A DNA stretch of 28,338 bases from an uncultured Deferribacteres bacterium (GTDB lineage Bacteria > Zhuqueibacterota > Zhuqueibacteria > Zhuqueibacterales > Geothermadaptataceae): positions 1 through 28,338 of the forward strand of contig CAXHAT010000095.1 of assembly GCA_964014485.1 (NCBI GenBank), given 5' to 3'. The position numbers were made by a program, and so were the translations under genes. Shown here piece after piece: positions 1-10,624 of the stretch. Position 1 is the first letter of the stretch; every line of letters begins with the position of its first letter. Below the pieces are notes generated by a model that did no database searches, was not told where the DNA came from, and saw nothing but the letters and a program-made list of their open reading frames with translations.

Positions 1-44
1 CACCAAGAAGCTCGTCGGCAGCGTCAGATGTGTATAAGAGACAG
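1..44 (+). other. Untrimmed Illumina Nextera i5/Read 1 adapter (sequencing artefact)
   Basis: 12-44 is exactly TCGTCGGCAGCGTC-AGATGTGTATAAGAGACAG (Tn5 mosaic end at 26-44). It is preceded by CAC (end of P5) and an 8-nt index-like CAAGAAGC. Confidence 0.98.
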
Positions 45-815
45 GTATCGTCGAACACCGTCGAGTCGGCGGGCAGACTGGCAATTTGGACGAAGGCGCC
101 GCTCGTGTCCTGCTTTTCGAGATAAAAACCGTCCTCGTTATCAGCGCCGTCCGTCCATGAAATTTGCAAGGAAAGAAAACCCGTCGGCGTGACCGTAAGA
201 TTTGTCGGCACGACCGGCGGCAACGGCAAATCGGTCTCCGCCGAGTCCGCGTTTGAATAAGGCGAAAGTCCGCCCGCGTTGTAAGCGGCGACGCGGAAAA
301 AGTAGACCGAATTTGGAACCAGGGAACTGTCGCGCCAAGTCGTGACGTTGGCGCCAACGCTGTCGGCGGCTGCAAAAGTTCCCGGCTGCCCGGCGTTCAG
401 CGAATCTTCCGGCGCGCGTTCGATGTGAAAGCCGTCCTCATCGTCCGACAAATCCAGCCAGTTCAAATCGATGGAGCCGCGCCCGGTGGAAGAAGCGATC
501 AGCGTATCCGGCGCGGCGGGCGGAATCGGGGCGCCCGAAGCGACCGCGACCTCGGCGCTGTAATCCGAAATGATCACGCCGTTTTGCGCGCGCAGGCGAT
601 AAATGTAATTGGTGAACGGCAAAAGACCGTTCATGCCATCGTCGAGAAATGAAACGTTCGGCGCGACGGTCGTTCCAACTTCCGCGAAAACGCCGCCGCT
701 TGTTTTTCTCTCCACCAAAAAACTATCCGCGTTGGCCACTGCGTCGTTCCACGAGAGCGAAATGCGCAGACTGTCCTGGGCTTGCGCGAAAACGCTGGCA
801 GGCGCGACCGGGTTG
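45..815 (-). repeat. Fibronectin type III array 4 (2 full units plus 1 truncated, more diverged)
   Basis: ISLSWND...FLVERK...YIYRLRAQN; IDLNWLDLSDDEDGFHIER...YFFRVAAYN; LQISWTDGADNEDGFYLEK cut at the contig end. Confidence 0.82.
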
Positions 816-3800
816 CCGCCGTTCTTGATCACCGTGAACGAATCGAGTTCGACGCCTTCCATTTTGCGGTAAAAGCCGGTCAATTCGTAGCCGTCAAGAT
901 CGATGACCGAAAAGCCGTTGAAAGGCGAATCCTGCTGGAAGGCCATGTTCCAGATTGGCGGCTTGGCGTCGTCGTTCCGCCCGCCTGTTCCAACCGTGAC
1001 GTACATGGTCGCCGCGGTCGTGTCATCCTTGGTGTAATAATTCGGATCGTTCTGAAAAATCGCGCCGTCGCTCATTAAATATGTGCGTTCGTAGCGGTGC
1101 TTGTCGCCGGAAAAAGTCATGTCCACGCCGTTGGCTTCGAGCACGGGCACAAGCTGTGTGGAAATATTTTCTCCGGAAAACTCCGGCGGAAGATGAAAAA
1201 AGGCGAAAATCCACTGCGCGCCGTTGGCTTTGGCGGCGTTGACGTCGTCGGGAATCCATGCCAGCATTTCGTCCCAGTCCGCGCCGCTGGTTGTGCCGTC
1301 GGAAACGTAGAGACAGATGAAATGGGCAAAACCGTAATCAAAGGAATAGTAATTTTCCGTGTTGACCGGATTGTTGGTCGGTAAGTGAAAGAATTCGTAG
1401 TAGCCCTCGCCGTTCGCGCTCTGCATGTCGTGGTTGCCGATGGTCGGCCAGAACACGGTATTGCGCAGCGTCGGTGCGTAGACGTTGAAATATTTCGGTT
1501 CGTAATCGTCGCGCTTGCCGTTGTCGTAAACCACGTCGCCGAGAATCAAGCCAAACTTGGCGCGCGGATTGATCAGCTCAATCTGCGGCGCCGTGTCAAG
1601 CTGAAACTGCGACAAATCGCCCATGTCGCCCATGGCGAAAAAGCGGAAATTTTGCGTTGCGCCGACCGTCGGATGAGTCTCGAAATAATAATTATCCCCT
1701 CCGGCGTATTCTTCCTGCGGCGAGCCGACCGAGTAATAATAGCGCGTATTCGGCGCGAGCCCGCTCAGGCGCACCACGTGCGAATCGCTCGGCGCGGTGT
1801 TGATCGTCGTGGTGAGATTGTTCGGCGCCGGGCCGTACTGGAACACGCCGTTGCTGGAACTGGTCGTGTACCAGGTGACGATGGCTTCCGTATCGGTGAC
1901 GTTCTGCAAGTACGGCGCGATGTAAAGCCCCGCCGGACTGAGCGTCGCTTCGCTGACTTCGGCGGTGTAAGCCGAGTAGCCGCCCGCGTTCGAGGCGCGC
2001 ACGCGATAAGTGTAGGTCGTCGTCGGGTCGAGATTGACGTCGGAATAACTGATGCTGTTGGCGGGCAATGTCGCGATCTCGCTGTACGCCGAAATGCCCT
2101 GTTTTCGCTCGACGTGATAATTCGCTTCGTCGGTCGCGTTGTCGAGCCAGGTCAAATTCAACTGGCTGGCGCTTGGCGCGGTCACTTCGAGCGTGGTCGG
2201 ATCGGCGGGGGGATACGGCAGGGTCGTGTCGCTCGCCTCGTTGCTGTAGTTGGAAACGCCCGCGACGTTGGTCGCGCGCACGCGGTAAATGTAGGTCGTG
2301 CCCGCGATCACCGCCGTGTCGGCGTAGCTTGTCGTATTTGTCGCCAAAACAATGAGTTGCGCAAACGCAGAATCCGCCGGAAGCTTGCGCTCGATTTCAT
2401 AATTCGCTTCGTCGGTCGCGTTGTCGATCCAGGTCAAATCGATCTGGCTGTGGCCGCTTTCCGTCGCGGTCAGCGAAGTCGGCGTGGCGGGCGGATAAGG
2501 CAAAGTCGTGGCGTTCGCTTCATTGCTGAAATCGGAATTGCCGCCGGAATTTGAAGCGAAAACGCGGTAAACGTAATTCGTCTCAGCGGTCAAGCCTGTG
2601 TCGGAAAACGCCGTTGTGTTCGCGGGATTGCTGGCGATTTCCGAAAATGCGCCGGCCCCGGTTTTTCTTTCAACTTTGTACGACGTTTCGTTGTCTGCGT
2701 TATCCGTCCAAGTTAGATCGATTTGGGTCGCGCCATTCTCAGATGCAGTCAACGATGTTGGAGCCGCCGCGGGCCAAGCCAACGTGGTCGCGTTCGCTTC
2801 GTTGCTGTTGGGTGAATCGCCGCCGTCGTTGGTCGCACGCACGCGGTACGTGTAGGTCGCCGCCGCATTCAATCCTGTGTCAGAAAAACTTGTTGCATTC
2901 GCCGCAGCCGTCGCGATTTCGACAAAATTGCCGTCGCCAGTGTGGCGCTCGATTTTGAAGCCGGTCTCATCGTTGGCGTTGTCCGTCCACGCAAGATCGA
3001 TTTGCGTCTGGCCGTTTTCCGTCGCGATTAAAGCGGTCGGCGCCGCTGGCGGGTAAGGCAGAGTCGTCGCGCTGGATTCATTGCTGTTTTGCGAATCGCC
3101 GCCACTGTTGCTCGCGCGCACGCGGTACGTGTAGCCCGTCTCAACCGTCAAGCCCGTGTCGGAAAACGCCGTCGTGTTGGGCGCGAGACTCGCAATTTCC
3201 GTAAACGCGCCCGCCCCGCTTTTGCGCTCAATTTTCAACGCCGTCTCGTTGTCGGCGTTATCCGTCCAACTCAAATCAATCTGCGCATTGCTGATCGCCG
3301 TCGCCGTCAAAGCGGTAGGCGCGACAGGTGGGAACGGCAAAGTCGTGGCCGAAGCTTCGTTGCCGTAGCCGGAATTGCCGCCGTTGTTCGTCGCTTGCAC
3401 GCGGTAGGTGTAAGTCGTCGCCGAGGTCAGGCCCGTGTCGGAAAACGCCGTCGCGTTCGCCGCGACCGCCGCGATTTCGGCGAAATTGCCGTCGCCGTCG
3501 TGGCGTTCGATGGAAAAGCCGTTTTCGTCGTCGGAATTGTCCGTCCAGGCGAGATCAATTTGGGTCTGGCCGTTTTCCGTCGCTGTCAGAGCGCTGGGGG
3601 CGCCGGGCGGATAAGGCAGCGTCGTGCCGGAAGCTTCGTTTGAATAAGCCGAAAAACCGCCCGTGTTGGAGGCGCGCACGCGGTATTCGTGCGTTTCTAA
3701 TTCGCTCAAACCCGTCTGCGACCAGTCCGTCGTGTCCGCACCGACGGTCGCGATTTCCACATAATTGCCGCCGTCCTTTCTTTCAATATGAAAAGTCGTT

Positions 3801-6800
3801 TCGCTGCCGGAATTGTCCGTCCAGTTCAAATCGAGCTCGGTCGCGCTCGCCGCCGTTACGCTCAACCCGGTCGGTGCGGCGGGCGGCAACGGTAAAGTCG
3901 TCGCGCTGGTTTCGCCGGAGTAGCTCGAATGGCCGTCATCGTTGGCCGCGCGGATGCGGTAGGTGTAGCTCGTGTCGTCGCTCAAGCCCGTGTCGCCGTA
4001 ACTTTCCACGCCAGGCCCGGTCGTGGCGATTTCAGCGAATGATCCGCCGCCGGTTTTGCGCTCGATTTTAAAGCCAGTCTCACCGCTTGAATTATCCGTC
4101 CACGTCAAATCAATCTGCGAACTGCTCACTGCCGCCGCCGCTCCTTGGCTCGGCGCACCGAGGGTCGTCGCGGAAGCTTCATTGCTGTAACCCGAAGCGC
4201 CGAAAGCGTTGTTCGCCAAAATTCGGTAAGTATAGCCCGTATTCGCGGCGACGCTATTGTCGCTGTAATTGGTTGCATTCGCGGATAACGTCGCGATTTC
4301 CACAAAAGCGCCCGCGCCGGTTTTGCGCTCGACTTTGTACTCGGATTCGGTGTTGGCGTTGTCCGTCCAGGTCAAATCGATTTGTCCGCTGCTGACCACA
4401 ACCGCAGCCGCACCGCTCGGCGTTGCTGGGGGATCAGGCGGGATGTCCGTCGTCGCCGAAGCTTCCCCGCTGTAGCCGGAATTTCCAGCGTCGTTGCTCG
4501 CGCTGACGCGGTAGGTGTAGGCCGTGTTTGGCGACAGTCCGGAATCATTGAAACTGGTCACATTTTCACCGACGGTCGCGATTTCGACGAACGCGCCTAC
4601 GCCGGTTTTGCGCTGGATGCGGTAGCCGGTTTCGTCTGAATTGTCCGACCAGCTCAAATCGATTTGATCGTAGCCGTTCTCGGTCGCGGTCAGCCCGACG
4701 GGCGTGTTGGGTAGTGGAACGCCGCCGCCGTTGAAAATCTGCACCTCGAAAATCTTGTAGGACGAACTGCTGCGCCCCTGGGTCATGTAAAGTCGTGCGT
4801 AGCGTCCGGTCGCTGGAGCAATGGTAAAATCATCGCTTCCTTCGTCGGCTTTTGTGGTATCGAAAACGGTCGTCCAGTTCACATCGTCGTCGGAGATCTG
4901 GAATTGGTAGACCTCGGCGTAGTTGTCTTCGTTCCAGTCGATCACGACGCGGCTGAAAGTCTGCGGTTGGCCAAAATCAACCTTGAGCCATTCCTCCGCG
5001 ACGTCATCGCTTTTCCAATACGAACCGCCGTCAGCGTCGAATGCAAATTCAGCGAACAAGTCATCGTTGTCGGATGAAGCCGTGTAAGTTTGGTTAAGCG
5101 CAATATTAGCGACAACGGCTTCCGACGTGGTCGCCGAAGCTTCTCCGCTGTAATCGGAAAACAAATCGTTATTGTAGGCGCGCACGCGGTAGGTGTAGGT
5201 CGTTTGCGCGCTCAGGCCGTTGTCCTGAAAGAAAATCTCGTTCGCCGCGACGGTCGCGATTTGGATAAAATTGCCGTCGCCGTCGTGACGCTCGATGTGA
5301 AAGCCGTCCTCGTCGCTGGAATTGTCCGTCCACCAGAGCTCAATTTGCGAACTGCCGGTTGCGCTCGCCGACAAAGCGCCGGGGGCTGTTGGCGGCGGGG
5401 GCGGCGGATCCGTCGTCGCGGCGGCTTCGCTGCTGTAGCCGGAATCGCCGACGTCGTTGCTCGCCTTCACGCGGTAGGTGTAGGTCGTGTTCGGATCAAG
5501 TCCCGTGTCGCTGTAATTTGTGATATTGGCGCCGAGAGAGGCGATCTCCGAAAAATTTCCGTCGCCGCCGTGGCGTTCGATTTTGAAGCTGTTCTCGTTG
5601 TCGGCGTTGTCCGTCCAGCTCAAATCGATCTGAACATGATCGAAAGTCGTCGCCGTCAAACCGCTCGGCGCGGCGGGCGGCGGCGGGGGCGGACCGGTGG
5701 TCGCCGAAGCATCGCTCGTGTAACTCGAATGTCCGAAAGCGTTCGTCGCTTTGACGCGATACGTATAGGTCGTGCTCGCGTTCAAACCCGTGTCATTGTA
5801 AGAAATTTCATTCGCGCCCAGCGATGCGATCTCGACGAAATTGCCGTCTCCTGCGTGGCGCTCGATTTTGAAATTGTCTTCGTCATTCGAATTGTCCGTC
5901 CAGGCCAAATCGATTTGGGTGTGATCGAACGTCGTCGCCGTTAAATCGCTCGGCGCATTTGGCGGCGGCGGCGGCGCGTCGGTGGTCGCGGAAGCTTCGT
6001 TGCTGTAGCCGGAATCGCCAATGTCGTTGGTCGCACGCACGCGGTAAGTGTAGGTCGTCGTGTGATTCAAGCCCGTGCCCGAGAAGCTCGTCACGTTCGC
6101 GCCGACCATCGCGATTTCGGCAAAACTCCCCGCTCCGGTTTTGCGCTCAATTTTGAAGCCGGTCTCGTTGTCGGCGTTGTCCGCCCAGCTTAAATCAATT
6201 TTGGAAGTATCGACCGTCGTCGCCGCCAAAGCCGTCGGTGCGGCGGGCGGAACGGCGGGAACATCGGTGGTCGCGCTCGCTTCGTTGCTGTAGCCGGAAT
6301 TACCGGTCGCGTTGGTCGCGCGCACGCGGTAAGTGTAGGTCGTGCCTGAGTTTAGACCTGTATCGCTAAAACTCGTGACGTTACCGCCGACAGTCGCGAC
6401 TTCCGCGAAAGCGCCTGCGCCGGTCTTGCGTTCGATACTGTAACCGGTCTCATTATTTGCATTGTCCGCCCAACTTAAATCGATCTGAGCATCGCCGTTC
6501 GCGGTCGCCGTCAGCGTCGTCGGCGCGCTCGGCAAAGCGTTGGGATCGCCGCCGTTGCTGTAAACTTCGAATTCATAAAGTTTGTACTTGGTCTCGTTGT
6601 TGATCGTCATCCAGAGACGCACGTACTGCGCGACGACCGGCGGAAAAGCCATTTCATCAGCGCCTTTGTCAAAACGCGTTCCGGTGACCGCGTCCGCCCA
6701 ATTGACGTCGTCGGTCGAGATCTGAACCGCAAATTCCTGGGCATAATTTTTACTGCGCCAATCGATAAAAACGCTGTCAACGACCATCCATTGGCCGAGA

Positions 6801-9800
6801 TCGACCTTGAGCCATTCCGCTTCGCCCGCCGTTGCGTCGTTGCTTTCCCACATGGTTTCCGAATCGCCGTCCGTGCCCATTTCCGGCGCGGAATCACTGT
6901 CCGTGGAAGAAGCCGTCGTCGGTTTGTTCAGCGCCTGGTTGGCGTTCGGGTCGATGGACTCGCTGTCCGTGGTCGCGGACGACTCGTTTGAATAGCCGGA
7001 ATCGCCGTCGCCGTTGGTTGCGCGCACGCGATACGTGTAGGTCGCGGTCGCGCTCAACCCTGTGTCGCTGTAAGAAACCGCGTCCGCCGCAACAGTCGCG
7101 ATTTCAGCGAAATTACCGTCACCGGCGTGGCGCTCAATTTTGAAGCCGGTCTCGTTGTTTGCATTGTCCGTCCAGGCCAGATCAATTTGCTCGGAGCCGT
7201 TTGCCGTCGCCAAAAGCGTCGTCGGCGCGGCGGGCGGATTCGGCGCGGCGTCTGTTGTCGCCGAGGCTTCGTTGGAATTACCCGAATCACCGTCGCCGTT
7301 GGTCGCCCGGACGCGGTAAGTGTAAGTTACGCCTGAATTTAAGCCCGTGTCGTTGTAAGAAACTGAGTTCGTGGCAATGGTTGCGATTTCGGCGAAATTG
7401 CCGTCGCCTGCATGGCGCTCAATTTTGAAGCCGCTTTCGTTATCGGCGTTGTCCGTCCAGGTTAAATCGATTTGGTTTTGACCGTTTGCCGCCGCCGTCA
7501 AACTGCTCGGCGCAGCGGGCGGATTCGGCAGTGCATCGGTGGTTGCGGCAGCTTCATTTGAATAATTTGAGTCGCCGTCATCATTGTTGGCGCGGACGCG
7601 GTAAGTGTAAGTCGTGCTCGCGTCAAGGCCGGAATCGGTGTAAGAAGCCGCGTTGGCGGCAGCGGTTGCAATCTGCGCAAAATTGCCGTCCCCGGCGTGG
7701 CGCTCAATTTTAAAACCGGTCTCGTTGTCGGCGTTGTCTGTCCAGTCCAAATTGACTTGTGAAGTTCCGGCGGAAACCGCGGTCAAACTCGAAGGCGCGG
7801 CGGGCGGATTCGGCAGCGCATCGGTGGTTGCGCCGGCTTCATTTGAAAAATTGGAATCGCCGTCGTCGTTATTCGCGCGGACGCGGTAAGTGTAGCTCGC
7901 GTCCGGATTTAGGCCGGAATCGCTGAATGAATTGGCGTTTGCAGCCGCGGTCGCAATTTGGGCGAAATTGCCGTCGCCTGCATGGCGCTCGATTTTAAAG
8001 CCGGTTTCGTTGTCGGCGTTGTCCGTCCAGTTCAAATTGATTTGTGAAGTTCCGGCGGTCGTCGCGCTTAAGCTGGAAGGCGCGGCGGGCGGATCGAGCG
8101 TGGTCGCCGAAGCTTCGTTGGAAAAATTTGAATCGCCGTCATTGTTCGTCGCGCGGACGCGGTAAGTGTAAGTCACGCCCTGGCTCAGACCGGCGTCGTT
8201 GTAATTCGTCGCGTTCGCGCTCGTCGTCGCGATTTGCGCAAAATTGCCGTCGCCGTCGTGGCGCTCAATTTTGAAGCCGGTTTCGTTGCCGGAATTGTCC
8301 GTCCAGGTTAAATCGATTTGGGTCGTTCCGCTCGTGCTCGCCGCAAGCGTCGTCGGCGCGGCGGGGGGATTCAGCGTGGTCGCGGAACTTTCGTTTGAAA
8401 AATTGGAATCGCCGTTGCCGTTGTAGGCGCGCACGCGATAAGTATAAGTTACGCCTGCGCCCAAGCCTGTGTCGTTGTAGCTAACCGCGTCGGCGGCAAC
8501 GGTTGCGATCTGCGCGAAATTGCCGTCGCCGGAATGGCGTTCGATTTTGAAGCCGTCTTCGTCGAAAGCGTTGTCCGTCCAGGCCAAATCAATTTGATTA
8601 GTCCCGTTCGCCGTCGCCGCAAGCGCCGTTGGCGCGACGGGCGGACCGGTCGTCGTTGCGGAAGATTCGTTTGAGTTGTCGGAATCGCCGTTGCCGTTGT
8701 AGGCGCGCACGCGATAAGTATAAGTTACGCCTGCGCCCAAGCCTGTGTCGTTGTAGCTAACCGCGTCGGCGGTAACGGTTGCGATTTGCGTGAAATTGCC
8801 GTCCCCGGCGTGGCGCTCAATTTTGAAGCCGTCTTCACCGGCAGCGTTGTCCGTCCAGGCAAGATCGATTTGGGATGCGCCGTTGGCCGTCGCGGAAAGC
8901 GCGGTTGGTGCGGCGGGCGGATCGAAGCCGGTTTTGGTCATCGTGAAAGCGTCGATGTCCGTGCCGTCGCTCATGCGGAAAAAAGCGTTCAATGTGCTGC
9001 CGTTGACGTCCACGACGAACAAGCCGTTGAGTTCATCGGGATGCTGGTAAGCCATTTCCGGCGCATCAGGACGGGGATTGTCGCTCTTCCCCCCCGCCCC
9101 GCTGGTGACGTAAATCGTGCCGTCGCCGAACTGATTTTTGGTGTAGCCGGTGGTGTTGCCGTCAATGACAAGACCGTCGTGCATTAAAAACGTGCGTTCA
9201 TAAACGTGCTCGTCGCCGGAAAAAGTCATGTCCACGCCGTGCGTTTCGAGAATCGGCACCAGATTTTCCCAGGCAAAGCTCTTGTGCCACTCAACCGGGT
9301 AGTGAAAGGTCGCGAACAGCCATTTCACCCCGCGCGCTTTGGCGGCTGCAAGATCGGCGTCCAGCCAGTCGAGCATCACGGTCAATTCGGGATCTTCGAC
9401 TGACACTTCGCCGTCAATGCAAGCAAAGTGCGCCGGACCGTAATCGAAAGAATAGTAATTTTCGACGGCGGGCGGGTTGTTGGTCGGCAAATGGAAGAAT
9501 TCAAAATAGGCTTCACCGGCGTTGGTGCCAATATCATGGTTGCCGAGCACGGGCCAGAAAACTGAGTTGCGAATGATGTTCTGGTAAACGTCGAAAAACT
9601 TCGCTTTGTAGTCCTCGCGCTTGCCGTCAACATAAACAACGTCGCCAAGAATGAGCGAAAATTCCGCGCGCGGCGAAAGATTTTCGAGCTGCGTCGCAAC
9701 ATCCGCCTGCTCATCGGAGCCGTTGCCCATGTCGCCCATGGCGATGAATCGAATGCTTTGTGAAGCGCCGGTCACGGGGTGCGTGTCGAAAAAATAGTCC

Positions 9801-10117
9801 GTACCGCCGGCATAAGTTTGGGCGGGCGAGCCGACGCTATAATAATAACGTGTGTTTGGCGTAAGACCGGTAAGCGTGACAACGTGAACCAGATCGTTGG
9901 CCACGTTGATCGTCGAGTCCAGGTTTGCTGAGTCGGTTCCGAACTTAAAAACGCCGTCGGTGGCGGAAACGGTGTACCAGACGATGACGGCTTGCGTGTC
10001 CGAGGTGTTCTGGACGTACGGCCCCATGTCGAGCTGGGCAAAGGACGGTGAAGCCCAAGCGATGACGGCGAGAACGGTAAACCACAGTCGAGACGCAGTG
10101 CGAGGTGCGGTATGCAT
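45..10117 (-). CDS. Giant secreted multidomain protein, 3'-truncated (>3350 aa): signal peptide - PAP-like metallophosphoesterase - 7xFN3 - F5/8C - 5xFN3 - F5/8C - 10xFN3 - second PAP-like metallophosphoesterase - at least 3xFN3
   Basis: ATG at 10117 with GAAGGA RBS upstream; N-terminus MHTAPRTASRLWFTVLAVIAWASPSFA/Q is signal-peptide-like. The same frame was confirmed at 10117, 9217, 1108 and 49. It reads into the adapter without a stop, which explains its absence from the ORF track. Domains were read from manual translation. Confidence 0.93.
822..1920 (-). other. Purple acid phosphatase-like module 2 within the giant CDS
   Basis: APYLQN...HVVRLSGLAPNTRYYYSVG, FFAMGDMG, LGDVVY, WPTIGNHD, YYSFDYG, FAFFHLP, TFSGDKHRYER, MYVTVGTGG; colinear with module 1. 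Confidence 0.9.
1940..4715 (-). repeat. Fibronectin type III tandem array 3 (10 units, ~268-284 bp period)
   Basis: WxDN motifs near 4645, 4361, 4093, 3814, 3538, 3259, 2981, 2701, 2423, 2141. Confidence 0.88.
4735..5110 (-). other. F5/8 type C (discoidin/CBM32-like) domain 2 within the giant CDS
   Basis: NIALNQTYTASS...AFDADGGSYWKS...EWLKVDFG...IDW...QISDDDVNWTTV...GRYARL...IFEVQIF. Confidence 0.88.
5125..6535 (-). repeat. Fibronectin type III tandem array 2 (5 units, ~285 bp period)
   Basis: Same FN3 consensus; W(A/T)DN recurs near 6464, 6178, 5893, 5608, 5325. Confidence 0.9.
6560..6940 (-). other. F5/8 type C (discoidin/CBM32-like) domain 1 within the giant CDS
   Basis: NQALNKPTTASS...TDGDSETMWES...EWLKVDLG...IDW...QISTDDVNW...AQYVRL...LYEFEVY. 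Confidence 0.88.
6970..8920 (-). repeat. Fibronectin type III tandem array 1 (7 units, ~276-286 bp period)
   Basis: Repeating PAAPTxLxAxxxxxxQIDLxWTDNxxxExGFKIER...YxYRVRAxNxxGDSxxSNExxATT; WTD codons recur near 8850, 8573, 8296, 8020, 7736, 7451, 7165. Confidence 0.9.
8930..10024 (-). other. Purple acid phosphatase-like module 1 (N-terminal FN3-like subdomain plus calcineurin-like metallophosphoesterase) within the giant CDS
   Basis: GPYVQN...HVVTLTGLTPNTRYYYSVG, then FIAMGDMG, LGDVVY, WPVLGNHD, YYSFDYG, FATFHYP, TFSGDEHVYER, IYVTSGAGG. Confidence 0.9.
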
Positions 10118-10268
10118 TTTGTTGATTTTCCTTCGTTTAACGGATGTTTGATGCAAGATCAAAACGTACCGGTTTCACAGCATCCGGGACGAAGCTCACT
10201 TTTGGCGTTGTCGAATTGTTTAGGCGAATAATCGAAGCTCTGCGAGAGGCGAATTGGGGGGCGGTGAG

Positions 10269-10361
10269 CAGTAGTTAGTGATTAGTCATTAGTAAATAGT
10301 TATTCGTCGGCTTTGATTCGCCGCGTACGACTACTTACTAATCACAAATGACTATTTACTG
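10269..10361. repeat. Inverted pair of 7-bp tandem repeat tracts
   Basis: AGTAGTT AGTGATT AGTCATT AGTAAAT AGTTATT (10270-10304) and ACTACTT ACTAATC ACAAATG ACTATTT ACTG (10330-10361). Confidence 0.75.
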
Positions 10362-10624
10362 AAAAACAGAGCGCCGTTCCAAATATCGCCTTTTGTGCGA
10401 AACTGCCGCACTCCGTCCGTGGAAGGAAAACGCGAGAATCCGTTCTCGCAATCAGATGATGAATTACGTGCTTCGAGACGAGTTTGCGAACGACTAAAGA
10501 TTGGGATGCGACGAAATTCTTATTCAAAGATAAGCCGCTTGCATTTTCCGAGGCGGCATTGAACATTACTCGCGCCGCTTGGTCTTTTGCTGGAAAATTC
10601 AGCACTCCTTTTTATTTTAAAGCT

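Noticed and set aside
26..44. Tn5/IS50 transposon end
   Set aside because: It is the synthetic mosaic end within the full Nextera adapter context at the contig edge, not a natural element.
1940..8920. CRISPR array or non-coding tandem repeat
   Set aside because: The period is ~280 bp, in frame and degenerate at third positions, i.e. protein domain repeats; no cas genes.
425..10151. Numerous plus-strand and short minus-strand ORFs in the supplied track (e.g. 1385-2554, 5090-5944)
   Set aside because: Shadow frames of the GC-rich giant minus-strand gene; Arg/Val-rich translations with no recognisable motifs.
10118..10620. Pho box or known riboswitch upstream of the phosphatase gene
   Set aside because: No CTGTCAT-like 11-bp-period direct repeats or riboswitch consensus that I can recognise by eye.
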